Shown: positions 25,464-35,619 of the stretch, one piece after another
Layout: the number at the start of each line of letters is the position of its first letter
Numbering within the stretch: position 1 is the stretch's first letter
Origin: a virus
Lineage: Duplodnaviria; Heunggongvirae; Uroviricota; Caudoviricetes
DNA length: 55,462 nt
Reading direction: 5' to 3' (one strand)
IMG/VR virus record: IMGVR_UViG_3300035182_000695
Coordinates: 90,755 to 146,216 of that record
Position numbers and translations under genes: made by a program
Notes under the pieces: model-generated
Told to the model about the DNA's origin: nothing
The model's database searches: none
The model's input: the letters and a program-made list of their open reading frames with translations, nothing else

Positions 25464-28400
25464 TTATGCTAATAATTTTACTAATTCGTCAATTTTAGAA
25501 TCTAACATTTTTTCTAATTCGCCTTCAATAGATGAATCAAATGTTACTTCCTCTCCTTGTACTTGAGCAACTTCCATTTCGTCAATAAATTGTTCTAACA
25601 CATACATACTAGAAGCTTTAGAGAAGAATTCGCTACCTATCGCAAAAGACGGTCTTGATTTTCTCGCATCAAGGTCTTTGATTATAAGTATGAACTCATC
25701 AAATGTCATAATTACTCTGTTAGTCCATTCAATTGAACTGTTTCTTCCGCTTTGTAAGTCAACTACATTTGTAGGAAATATTTGTTTGAATAATAATCCA
25801 TTTCCAATATAGTATTGTTTTTTGCGGCCGTCGTTTTCAATATTCGGGAATAAATTACTCTTATTTCCTGGTTTGTAATTTTCACTATTTATGTTAACTC
25901 CTTGTTGCTGTAATAGCATTGCGAAGCCATCAGAATAATTAATACTTGTTGTAATCAACTCTACTGTTAAGTTAGAGCAGAATGTGTCGAAATCAATTTC
26001 TTCTAAATGTTTAATTCTCTTCTCGCTAGTAACAATATCTAATGTTTTGTCAAACTCTTCGATTAAATAAGAACTCGGTTTTATAATAACGCCTGAGAAT
26101 CCTATTTGACTAGATATTTGGAATAAGAATTCTATACCGCCATTACTTCTTTGAAGTCTGTGTTCCCACTTATCAACTTCTGTTGAATTTTTATGCAAGT
26201 CGTAAAGCTTGCCAAACATAAACCAATAAACATACTTAGTAATTAAGTTGTTTACATTGTTAGGGTTACCGTCAAAGTAAACAGGATATTGTAATGAGTT
26301 GTTAACAGAATAACGCTCTTCTAAAGAAGTGTAAGTTCCTTTAGTTGGATTGTTAGGGTCTATTTTATTTGTTATCTCAATTCCAATTCTTCCCTTATTG
26401 TCAGATGTAGTGTACTTAGTTATTGTTCCATTAAGTCCATTTTGTTTAGACATAATGAATGTTTTAAGTAATGTACCTGCTATGAACCATTTAGTCTCTT
26501 TGTATGAGTTGTCTTGTTTACCAGCAATATCATTCCAAACATCTTTGTAGTTAGGCGCAAAGTTTGTTAAGCTAATTGTATTTTTATAACCAAGTGCTTT
26601 TTGCTCTTCTCTTATTTTTTTATGCAATTTCGATAAAGGCAATTTGTCTTTTCTTGAAACGAATGTAAAATAAACATCAAAACTAGAAGGGGTTAAATCA
26701 TCTCCATCGTAAGGGAAAGTAACACCAGTTATAACACAAGGCTCGGAAACAACTTCTTGATAAGAAACTTTCTGAACATCAACTTGAAGCTCTCCTGTTT
26801 CGTTTTCATAATGTTTCGTTTCTTTTAATTCAGAATACATAACAACAGAACCAATTCTATTTACATAGTCTTTACAAGTTGCGTTTAGCTCGTTCCATTC
26901 TTGCATAGCTTGAGTGTAAGAAACTATTTTTGTTTTAGCTCTCTCAATATCACTCTCGATTGCTTTTATCGCTCTCGTTGTTAATCTGTGTTTTGTTTTC
27001 TCTTCTGAAATATCGCCGAATGATTCCATTTTTTTCAACAACCCTACTTGCGTTTGTTTCAATGGAGCCATTTCAGTACCGTATTTAATTAATCCGTCTG
27101 TATCTCCCGATGTTGCGCATTCGGTAATTTTATTGTTGATTTCTCTGATTTTCTCAGCGTTCTCATCCATTTGTTTTTCAATTTCAATAGCTTCTAAAAG
27201 ACTACCAAAACCAACAAGTTTTTTTCTCTCTACTGCTAACTCAGCTTCTGATTCCGCAATATCATCATTAACTTTTTTAACTGTTTCAAGTTGAGTTTTT
27301 TGTTTCGCTAAATGTTGTGCATCTAACGCTCTGTTTGCTTCTGCTTGAAACAAAGGAATAGAACTAAAGAATCTTAAATCAGATTTCTTTTTATGGTCTT
27401 CTCCATCATTTTCAGTTGAATCGCTAGCATAATCAGTTAACTTCAAATACAATCTTTCATCTATCGCTTGAGCAATTTGCTTATCGATATTTTTACTTCT
27501 GTATTGAGTTACAATTGACTCTTCAATAAATCCGTGTCTTCCAAATGAAGTTCTAGCATTTTCATCACCAATAAAGAAAGGGTATTTATTAACTAACTCA
27601 GCTTTGTAATCTTTCGATGACATTTTACCGTTATAAAGTCCTTGAGCTGTTAATCGAATAATCTCTGCGTTTAATCGCTTAGAGAATGTTTCGTAAAAAT
27701 TCTTTTGGAAATCAAAATCAGAGAAATACAATCCTTTTGTGTACTCTTTAATGTCGTTAGGATTATCTTTACCGGCTCTATCTCTTTGATTTAAGTCTTT
27801 CATTGTTTCATTGAATGGCTCTATTGCTACTGTGCTATAAAAGTCATCTGATGTAAACATATAAGAAGATTGCGTTTGCTCTGCGCTCACGTTTGCAGAT
27901 AAAGAACGAAGTTTACGTTCCATTAATGCTGTTAATCTAGCTTCTGACGGAATTGCAGATATAATGTAAAAGAACTCAGGTTGATAAACTTGTCCTGTTC
28001 TATTGATACGACCTAATTTTTGAACTTCTTTGCTAATATCCAACTCCATTTGAGTAATAATCATAGCACGCTTTTTAACTTCTGATTTATCTTTCAGAGT
28101 CAATGGCGCATTTTCGATTGTTACTTCTTTTCCGTTTTCATCAACAACTGTTGTAGGCTCGTAAACTTTATGTGCAATAGCGTTCGGTACTGCGTGCATG
28201 GAAATACCAACAGCTCCACTTTGATTGATTAATAAACAATCAATTTTGTTTTCGTTAAACTCCCTTACTAATGTTGTTGTTGGTTTAATATCTCTTTTAG
28301 CAATAACACCTTTAGAGAAATCGTTTCCTGAGAACTCAACACATAACTGTCTTCCAGTAATTTCATTTACGGAATAACCAGCGTCTTTTATTTTACGCTT

Positions 28401-30947
28401 AATCTCATCGATAGGCGCAATAGAAACTCCGGTTGTTGTATCTAATATTTCAGTAAGCAATGCTTTGTATCTAACAAGTAAAGCATCTCTTATTTCTTCC
28501 GATAATGGGTGTTTGTCGCCAAGAACAAAAATTGTTTTTTCAACTTCTGTTTTAGTTCCATCAGATTCTACTTGCTCAACAACTCTGTTCCATCTTAACG
28601 TATAATTTAATAAGTAAGCTATGTATAATTTGAAATCGTTTTCAATTTCATCTCCAACTCTATACTTATCAGTATCATCTTTACCATCACTTAAAAATGT
28701 TTTTGACATATTGTTAAGCGCCGACTCCATTGTATTAGCGACAGTAATAACAGTTTTTTTACCGCTATTCAATTTGTCAAGTGAGAAGCCAACTGTTTGT
28801 TGAACTTTTAAACCAAGTAAGAAAAAGTTGAACATTTGGAATGTCAGAGCTTTAATAGTTCTTGACTTATTAATCTCATCTTTCGAGCCTTCTAATTTAT
28901 CTCCGTTTTCAGCTCTTGTTGGTAAATCTTCTTTATATTCTTTAACAATATCGTGAACAGAAACTTGAAAATCTCTTATTTTAGAAAATAAATCAGCAAC
29001 TTTATTCATTCTTAATCGTTGTTGAACACCAACAGGGTCAGACTCTTCATCTTTAGCATAATAGTACTCAGATTTACCTTCAATTTTTTTCTCACGTCTT
29101 AACAACTGTCCGTTTCTTGTTAATTCAACAGATACAGCTTCTTGTAACGCCGTCTCTCCTTCTAAGAAAGCCATAATCATTTCAACATCAGATAAGCCAG
29201 ACTCACGCATACTCGTTTTCATTGCGTATAAAGGCATATTAGATGCTCTCTTAGCATAAGTAGCTGACAAGTAAGTAGTCATTGCACTACTCTTGATTAT
29301 TTGAGATAAAATGAAGAATGTATTTGATGGTTTTCCAGGTTCGCCGCCACTAGCAGTATGACTTTCATCAAGTATAACAACGCTATTGTTTGCGTATTTT
29401 AAATACAATTTAATTCCTGGTTTCAAGAATTGTTTTCCAGCTTTTTTTGAAGAGTATGGTGATTTTGTTTGACTATAAGGAATAGTAAACAACTTGTATT
29501 TGCTAGGTAAATTTAATGCAGACGGAGAAACTTCCCAATCCGGCTCAAGCTTCATTCCAACTTTTTTGTACGCTAAAATAGTTTTCATTTCAGCGTCAGT
29601 CATTCTACCGTAAAGAATATTACCGTTTATATCAACGATGTCGCCTCTGTTAGGGAAATAAGGCTCGACAATTATTTTACCTTCTGTTTGTGCGTGTAAA
29701 ACTTGCTCAGCGTAATTCATATTTTTCTCGAAAGAATCTTTTGAATAACCCTCTTCTGTAAATTTCATTCTGTACAATTCAATTAACTCATCCATTACGG
29801 TCAAAATTTGCTCGTAATTTTTATCAGCTTCATTGTGTACGTTTCTAAGCCACTCAATCTCGAAGTTATCAGCGAAGTCATACTCCACACGAACATCTCC
29901 GTCGTCTTTGATGTCTTTCAAAATAATTTTCACTAACTCTTCGTCAGTAAATTCAGTTTTGGTTGAAGTTACATTTTTCTTGAATTCTTGAGGAATACCC
30001 GCATCAAATCCAATTGCAATTAAATCTCTGTAAATATCGTTTATTAAATGTTTCTTCTCTGTGAAAAAGAATGGAATAACATTTAATTCTAAATACGCAT
30101 ATCTTATTAATCCGGCTGCTTGTCTACCTTTACCAACGCCTGTTTGGTCAGCAATGATAATCGCATCTCCTTTTTCTTCGTAGTTAAATATGGCCGTTGC
30201 AATTGCATCAATTTGTTCTTGAGCAAAACGAACAATTTGCTTTCTATCTTTTAATAAATTTCTCCAATCTGGACTAGAGTAGTCAACGGTTTCAGGACCG
30301 TAGCATAAATCATCAACTGATTTGTAGTGTAGTTTTTTTGCTACATACTGTTCAACAGTCATTCCGTATTTATCTAATAAGAATGATTTTAAATTTTGAT
30401 TGAATCGTCTTTGCTCATTAGCCATTGAAGACGGAACGTGAGTGTCAAGCGATATGCAAATATCAGAAGATGCTGGATAATATTTCGTTTGGATTTCGCC
30501 ATCCGTATTACCGCCGTCTTCAAATTTCTCAGGCTCGTTAAGATACATATTTAATTTATCAATAACAGCGTCTTGAGTTTTAGCTTTAAAGCGTCTTAAC
30601 TTAGGCAAAGAACCTGCAATTTTTTCAACAGTACCGTTTTTATATAAGCTAATCTTAGCATATCTCGAATTGTTAACGATTCCGTTTTTCCACTCATCTG
30701 GTTTATCCATAGATAAAGTAATAGACACAGAAACATTTTCATTTCCACCTAAAGTAGAAAAGCTACACGAAACATACGGTGCTTTTATTTCAGATTTTAT
30801 TTTTTCAACGAAATCTTTAACGCTATCTATATTGAAAACCTCGCCTACATTTCCGCCGGTCTCTTGTTTATCAATACAGCCACCACCGCAAAACAATTCC
30901 GGTTGTTCTTTGTAAAATTTAGAATCACTATTCTCCATTTTTTTCAT
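25464..30947 (-). CDS. Strawberry-notch-like SF2 helicase, large polyvalent protein
   Basis: IIIADQTGVGKGR (Walker A), VVILDESH (Walker B), YLSATYAKR, LLINQSGAVGISMHA, QKLGRINRTGQ. Confidence 0.8.
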   Translation of the reverse strand: MKKMENSDSKFYKEQPELFCGGGCIDKQETGGNVGEVFNIDSVKDFVEKIKSEIKAPYVSCSFSTLGGNENVSVSITLSMDKPDEWKNGIVNNSRYAKISLYKNGTVEKIAGSLPKLRRFKAKTQDAVIDKLNMYLNEPEKFEDGGNTDGEIQTKYYPASSDICISLDTHVPSSMANEQRRFNQNLKSFLLDKYGMTVEQYVAKKLHYKSVDDLCYGPETVDYSSPDWRNLLKDRKQIVRFAQEQIDAIATAIFNYEEKGDAIIIADQTGVGKGRQAAGLIRYAYLELNVIPFFFTEKKHLINDIYRDLIAIGFDAGIPQEFKKNVTSTKTEFTDEELVKIILKDIKDDGDVRVEYDFADNFEIEWLRNVHNEADKNYEQILTVMDELIELYRMKFTEEGYSKDSFEKNMNYAEQVLHAQTEGKIIVEPYFPNRGDIVDINGNILYGRMTDAEMKTILAYKKVGMKLEPDWEVSPSALNLPSKYKLFTIPYSQTKSPYSSKKAGKQFLKPGIKLYLKYANNSVVILDESHTASGGEPGKPSNTFFILSQIIKSSAMTTYLSATYAKRASNMPLYAMKTSMRESGLSDVEMIMAFLEGETALQEAVSVELTRNGQLLRREKKIEGKSEYYYAKDEESDPVGVQQRLRMNKVADLFSKIRDFQVSVHDIVKEYKEDLPTRAENGDKLEGSKDEINKSRTIKALTFQMFNFFLLGLKVQQTVGFSLDKLNSGKKTVITVANTMESALNNMSKTFLSDGKDDTDKYRVGDEIENDFKLYIAYLLNYTLRWNRVVEQVESDGTKTEVEKTIFVLGDKHPLSEEIRDALLVRYKALLTEILDTTTGVSIAPIDEIKRKIKDAGYSVNEITGRQLCVEFSGNDFSKGVIAKRDIKPTTTLVREFNENKIDCLLINQSGAVGISMHAVPNAIAHKVYEPTTVVDENGKEVTIENAPLTLKDKSEVKKRAMIITQMELDISKEVQKLGRINRTGQVYQPEFFYIISAIPSEARLTALMERKLRSLSANVSAEQTQSSYMFTSDDFYSTVAIEPFNETMKDLNQRDRAGKDNPNDIKEYTKGLYFSDFDFQKNFYETFSKRLNAEIIRLTAQGLYNGKMSSKDYKAELVNKYPFFIGDENARTSFGRHGFIEESIVTQYRSKNIDKQIAQAIDERLYLKLTDYASDSTENDGEDHKKKSDLRFFSSIPLFQAEANRALDAQHLAKQKTQLETVKKVNDDIAESEAELAVERKKLVGFGSLLEAIEIEKQMDENAEKIREINNKITECATSGDTDGLIKYGTEMAPLKQTQVGLLKKMESFGDISEEKTKHRLTTRAIKAIESDIERAKTKIVSYTQAMQEWNELNATCKDYVNRIGSVVMYSELKETKHYENETGELQVDVQKVSYQEVVSEPCVITGVTFPYDGDDLTPSSFDVYFTFVSRKDKLPLSKLHKKIREEQKALGYKNTISLTNFAPNYKDVWNDIAGKQDNSYKETKWFIAGTLLKTFIMSKQNGLNGTITKYTTSDNKGRIGIEITNKIDPNNPTKGTYTSLEERYSVNNSLQYPVYFDGNPNNVNNLITKYVYWFMFGKLYDLHKNSTEVDKWEHRLQRSNGGIEFLFQISSQIGFSGVIIKPSSYLIEEFDKTLDIVTSEKRIKHLEEIDFDTFCSNLTVELITTSINYSDGFAMLLQQQGVNINSENYKPGNKSNLFPNIENDGRKKQYYIGNGLLFKQIFPTNVVDLQSGRNSSIEWTNRVIMTFDEFILIIKDLDARKSRPSFAIGSEFFSKASSMYVLEQFIDEMEVAQVQGEEVTFDSSIEGELEKMLDSKIDELVKLLA

Positions 30948-30957
30948 TTTTAAATTA

Positions 30958-30970
30958 TCCTACAAATATA
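30958..30970 (-). promoter_or_regulatory. Bacteroidota -7 promoter box (TATATTTGTAGGA)
   Basis: 13-mer identical to 18314-18326; just upstream of the helicase start. Confidence 0.6.
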
Positions 30971-31019
30971 ACATAATTACTTTTAATAAATCACTAAAGT
31001 TGAACTTCATCGATTTTTT

Positions 31020-31682
31020 TTATAAGGTGTTTTCAACAATTACGGGTTTATCACATTTCACACATTTTACTGCAAAATTCATAAAATTACCATAGGCTTT
31101 GTGTCCGCAATTAAAGCACTCGTATCTATAATTCTTGAAAGATTCTTTATAATTCGCTCCTTCATAGTATCTTGAGCAACCGCCGGCACTACCTCTGATT
31201 GCTGAGCAAACTAAACCCCAAACTTTACCGTGTCCTTGAGTTGAAAAATGCTCAGAATCTACTGCTTTCAAATCTCTTTGCGAAAACGAATTGCTAGGAC
31301 TAAATATCTCGAAAACTATTGCGTGCGCTATCTCGTGTAGAATAACACCATCCATTTGTTTTTTCCAGTTCTCATCGTGTTTAACAAAATCGATAGATAT
31401 GAATATGTTTTTAGTCTTCGATAGTGCCACTTGGTCTAGCGATGCGTTGCAAAGTCCAGCCCACTCCTTAGAAGTTCCAAATTGAAATCTCCATCCTCGA
31501 TTGTAAAGATTCATTTCTTTTATGTTCTGAATATAAGGCTGTAACGCTTTAATATCTTTTATGCTATCGTAGTAATCAACAGCGATAAGTTTGTGTCCCG
31601 CATCAAATGTTTCTTCGACGTTCTCGGAATCTATTTTTTGTTTTGGCAGCTGAAAGCTTCCCATTAAATCATCAAAACTCAT
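31020..31682 (-). CDS. SprT-like Zn metalloprotease with C-terminal zinc ribbon
   Basis: VILHEIAHA, GHGKVW, CFNC...CVKC. Confidence 0.8.
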   Translation of the reverse strand: MSFDDLMGSFQLPKQKIDSENVEETFDAGHKLIAVDYYDSIKDIKALQPYIQNIKEMNLYNRGWRFQFGTSKEWAGLCNASLDQVALSKTKNIFISIDFVKHDENWKKQMDGVILHEIAHAIVFEIFSPSNSFSQRDLKAVDSEHFSTQGHGKVWGLVCSAIRGSAGGCSRYYEGANYKESFKNYRYECFNCGHKAYGNFMNFAVKCVKCDKPVIVENTL

Positions 31683-31692
31683 TTTTTTTATT

Positions 31693-34206
31693 TTAAATTT
31701 CTAACATCATCTTCGCTGTTTCTAACTGCGACAGCCATTCGCTTTTTTCTTCTGCTGAAATATCTGAATCAAGCATCATTTGCGCCGTTTCAAGAACTTC
31801 TTGCCATTCTTTATTTATTTCTTCTTGAGTTGTTTCTTTTTTCACCTGTGCAACAATTTTGTTTTTTCTAACAACTTGTTTGCTTTCTGATAAAGGAATC
31901 CAAAACTCATTATGCTTTCTTTCATAGCTAACATATATGTCAACTGTATTAGAATTCAATTTGCTTAATCTCTGCTTTAACTTAGTTGCACTTCCGATAT
32001 ATATACCTCTAGTTGTATCAAGTTGCTTAGGCTCGCTTAAATCGTGTATTTTATACATTCCTTTAAGCACTTCTCCGCCTATCATAATTTGATTTCCAAC
32101 TATGTGTATTGTCTTGTTTCCTTTTTTATCAATATTTGTCAAATCGGATAAATAAAACTCGATTATTTTACTTGACATTTTAGGAAGTGTTCCTTCAATG
32201 AATGGATATTTAGATGAAGACTTTGTTACAATCATATCAAACTCGTACCCGCTAATTGAACACATTTCGTTATCTGATTTTATAACTAATGGCTGCTCGT
32301 CAAAAGCTGCTAGAATTTTCGCAACAACTTTAGGACTTTCCATTGTTATAACATATCTCTCAACACTCGACTCTACTGTTATTTCATTCTTATACAAGCA
32401 TTGTGCATCTGTGCCTATAACTTGCATTTTATTTTCGGTAAATGTAAAGTTTGCGCAATTAAACGCAGGTCTGAAATCATCTCTTTCAATGAATAGGTTT
32501 GCATAATTCAATTGATATAAGAAGCTCCCCGAATCTACTACTGCAATTGATTTAGATTCTTTTGATAACGGTTTTATTCTCGGATAGCTATCTACATCAA
32601 CATCTGATTTTCTTAAATAGCCATCTAAATAAAAATAAGTTCCGTTTTCTATTTGTTTTGAAACTGGCATTGATACTTGAACATTATTATCTGTAATGTA
32701 TAAATTACCGTCCTCAATTAATGCGCAGTCTAGTATATAAGAGCCTGTATTTTTCTCAGTAAATATTTTAACTACGCTGATTGTTTTTTCGTTTATGTAC
32801 TCTGGATAAAAATCTTTCGGTTGATATTCTTTAACTATCGAATCATCTGCATTATGTATCTCACTATCTTTTAAATCAAAGTAACAAGAATTACTAACAG
32901 AACCGTCAATCTCTCTAGCGCCAACGAAATCGTCGTATGCCATAACAGGCATTTGAAGAATTAATATGGAATCTTTTTTGTTAAATGCCGTGTGCGGCTT
33001 ATCTGCCACAGCGGCATCAGGCGAAATTATAACCGCTCTGCTTGCGCTATCAGAAAGACCGAAGTAAGCAACAGTTTCATTTAAAGATATTAGCGTCTCG
33101 CAAATGTCAATTAAAAATAATGAATTGAATGCGTAAATTTTATCTCTACCGTATGCTAACTGAACGTGAAAGTTACTTTTATTTACATAGTTTTGACAAG
33201 CTGCTAAATAAGTGTATAGCTTGTTTATGTCTATCTCGCAAACAATATCAGACTTAGTTGGAACGACAGCTTGATAGTTTGGATAATTTCCGTCAATCAA
33301 TCCTTTTTTTGTCTTCTTAATCTCTTCTGTTCTTGCGTGTTTTGACAATGGATAAATACCTCTAATAGAATGCTTGCCTTGCTTAAAAAATAATCTATGA
33401 GCGTCAGTTGCAGTAATACCAAACTCATCAAAATAAGTGCCCGACATTACAGGTCTAAGAGAATCTCCGCCTGTGAATATGTCAGATATTTTTTGAATTG
33501 CTTTGTCTTGCGGATTTAATGAGTGAATTTTTATAGTAGAAATGTTTTTTGTTTTTTTCCATATCTCAGGAATCTCGCTCCACTTTGTAACTATTGCGTT
33601 ATCTAAGTTTGTAGATTTTAATTCTTGCGTTTTAAAATCCCCTCCTTTTGAAAACTGAGGAGTGAACTCATTTAGTTGGCATTTACCTTGAGATAGCTCA
33701 GAATGAGCGGCGCCGTTTAAAAGCCAATTACACTTGCCTTGTTCGTTTTTAGTCCCCCAATGATTCGCTTGTCTTATAACAGAATCGCTTTCATACCAAT
33801 ACTTACTACCTGATTCAGAAACATAGTCAGGCTTCTTTTCAGGAACATTATCAATTGATTTAAAGTTTGCAGATGTGTTTACATGAAAATTATCAAAACT
33901 AATTTTGTCTATCGTTGCACCCTTTTCAAATTGAGGCTCGTGAATGGGCGCTCCGCCGCCAGCACTTTGGTTTATTTCATTTAATTTTCGCCAATGTTTC
34001 TTTGCTGCGTGTTTATTTATAATCACCTCCCCGTTTTCCACTAAAATCGGTCTTTTATCTTCAATCACAATAGCTTTAATTCCACCGCCTTCGTCTGAAT
34101 GAGCTTTTCCAATTAATAACCCGCCGCTACTAGCATCTTTACTAATTTTTAATTGGCTTCCGTTTTTAGATGTGTCTATAACACCATCAGTTTTATAATT
34201 TTCCAT
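31693..34206 (-). CDS. Polyvalent protein containing DnaN/beta-clamp-like repeats
   Basis: LRPVMSG..TATDAHRL..GNYPNY and FRPAFNC..GTDAQCL; N-terminal modules bounded by FEKGA and FSKGG. Confidence 0.65.
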   Translation of the reverse strand: MENYKTDGVIDTSKNGSQLKISKDASSGGLLIGKAHSDEGGGIKAIVIEDKRPILVENGEVIINKHAAKKHWRKLNEINQSAGGGAPIHEPQFEKGATIDKISFDNFHVNTSANFKSIDNVPEKKPDYVSESGSKYWYESDSVIRQANHWGTKNEQGKCNWLLNGAAHSELSQGKCQLNEFTPQFSKGGDFKTQELKSTNLDNAIVTKWSEIPEIWKKTKNISTIKIHSLNPQDKAIQKISDIFTGGDSLRPVMSGTYFDEFGITATDAHRLFFKQGKHSIRGIYPLSKHARTEEIKKTKKGLIDGNYPNYQAVVPTKSDIVCEIDINKLYTYLAACQNYVNKSNFHVQLAYGRDKIYAFNSLFLIDICETLISLNETVAYFGLSDSASRAVIISPDAAVADKPHTAFNKKDSILILQMPVMAYDDFVGAREIDGSVSNSCYFDLKDSEIHNADDSIVKEYQPKDFYPEYINEKTISVVKIFTEKNTGSYILDCALIEDGNLYITDNNVQVSMPVSKQIENGTYFYLDGYLRKSDVDVDSYPRIKPLSKESKSIAVVDSGSFLYQLNYANLFIERDDFRPAFNCANFTFTENKMQVIGTDAQCLYKNEITVESSVERYVITMESPKVVAKILAAFDEQPLVIKSDNEMCSISGYEFDMIVTKSSSKYPFIEGTLPKMSSKIIEFYLSDLTNIDKKGNKTIHIVGNQIMIGGEVLKGMYKIHDLSEPKQLDTTRGIYIGSATKLKQRLSKLNSNTVDIYVSYERKHNEFWIPLSESKQVVRKNKIVAQVKKETTQEEINKEWQEVLETAQMMLDSDISAEEKSEWLSQLETAKMMLEI

Positions 34207-35053
34207 AAATTTCCTTTTCTGTTACTATTCTAAAATCAATCTCCTTATTTTCATAGAATGAATTTGCAGCTTTTGCTTTTATCGGGTTGTTTATTTTTGG
34301 AATCATACAAAAAGGTTTTATTTCTTCAACAACAACAGAACTGTCAAAAAAATCAATTCGCAAATCCGGATTATAATTTCTTAATTTTCCAAATAAATCA
34401 ACGTAAGGAATCATATCCCTGCATCTTGATACCATAAAAATATTTTCATCCTTTTCTAATTGAATTATTCTGTCTCTTTCGTAAGAACTATCATAACTTA
34501 TTCTACCAAATCTACTATCTTCTATCCAACCATAAATACCTTTTGTAAAAGAGCCGTACTTTAAATTATTCATTATTTTTGTAACAGACCTATCTCTCAT
34601 TAAATCTTTTCCAACCCACGCTCCGACAGAATGACTGCTTACATTAAGCGACTTGGATATTTCAACGCAATTTAACTCACCTTTTACATACATATCAACT
34701 GCTTTTTTTCTTAAAGCGTCATCTATACCTAATATAATTAACTGAGTTCTAGGCTCTACTCCAAAACTTTTAGCCCAATCTAAAATAGTTCTTCTATTCA
34801 CATTATATATTTTCGCTAATTCCCTAACATTAAATAACCCTGATTTATAAAATTCAGTAGATTGAATTGCGGTTTCCTTGCAATATTTATGCTCGCCATT
34901 GGTTCTTGGCTTCAAGCCTTTTTTTATAATATAATATCTAATGCTTCCTCCTGATAAATTGTATTTTTTACCAATTTCAATGAGTGATTTCTTTGAAGAG
35001 AAATATTCTCTAACAGCTTCATTAACTATATTAACAGGCACATTTTTTTTCAT
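34193..35053 (-). CDS. HTH-repeat plus TnsA-like PD-(D/E)xK endonuclease (homing-type)
   Basis: Three HTH-like repeats then YDSSYE...IPY...YNPDL...VEEIKP. Confidence 0.7.
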   Translation of the reverse strand: MKKNVPVNIVNEAVREYFSSKKSLIEIGKKYNLSGGSIRYYIIKKGLKPRTNGEHKYCKETAIQSTEFYKSGLFNVRELAKIYNVNRRTILDWAKSFGVEPRTQLIILGIDDALRKKAVDMYVKGELNCVEISKSLNVSSHSVGAWVGKDLMRDRSVTKIMNNLKYGSFTKGIYGWIEDSRFGRISYDSSYERDRIIQLEKDENIFMVSRCRDMIPYVDLFGKLRNYNPDLRIDFFDSSVVVEEIKPFCMIPKINNPIKAKAANSFYENKEIDFRIVTEKEIYGKL

Positions 35054-35098
35054 TACATTTTAGCCGAAATTATTTAATTCCAGTAAATTATTCAATAT

Positions 35099-35106
35099 CA
35101 AATGTA
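35099..35106 (-). promoter_or_regulatory. Bacteroidota -7 promoter box TACATTTG
   Basis: caaatgta in the intergenic region upstream of 35053. Confidence 0.5.
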
Positions 35107-35136
35107 AGAAATATAACCTGATGTAAAAAATTTACA

Positions 35137-35619
35137 TTATTCGTAAATAAGTATAGAGCCTTTATAAGCATATCTTTTTTGTGCATTTACACTCCAAACC
35201 ATGCCATCTTCTTTCAATAAAGAATCCATTAAAAATTTTAAACAATTATCGACATCCGGGCGACTTTTGTTTGGCATTCCATTCATACGTTCTTTTTTCT
35301 TAGACGACCAACTGTCAGGCATAGGCATAAAGAACACGACCTCTAAATGATTGCCTATTTTAAATCCAGTCTTGTTACAAGTTTCTACAACTTTATTCTT
35401 GGCTTCAAAGTACCTGCGCACACTATCTCGTTGGCGCTTTTTTGGGTCTTTGTGGTTTGGGTTTGTTTTCCACTTATCGCTTTGCGTCATTCTTACCGCA
35501 CCCATAGGTACAACATCAATTAGATGATACTTTCTTGAATAATCAACTACATACTTAGATTCATCTAAAATAGTCGTTGTGCCTTCGTTTAATTCGCTAA
35601 CGCCGATACTTTTACTCAT
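35137..35619 (-). CDS. rusA: RusA-like Holliday junction resolvase
   Basis: RPDVDNCLKFLMDSL..ED..V catalytic signature. Confidence 0.8.
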   Translation of the reverse strand: MSKSIGVSELNEGTTTILDESKYVVDYSRKYHLIDVVPMGAVRMTQSDKWKTNPNHKDPKKRQRDSVRRYFEAKNKVVETCNKTGFKIGNHLEVVFFMPMPDSWSSKKKERMNGMPNKSRPDVDNCLKFLMDSLLKEDGMVWSVNAQKRYAYKGSILIYE

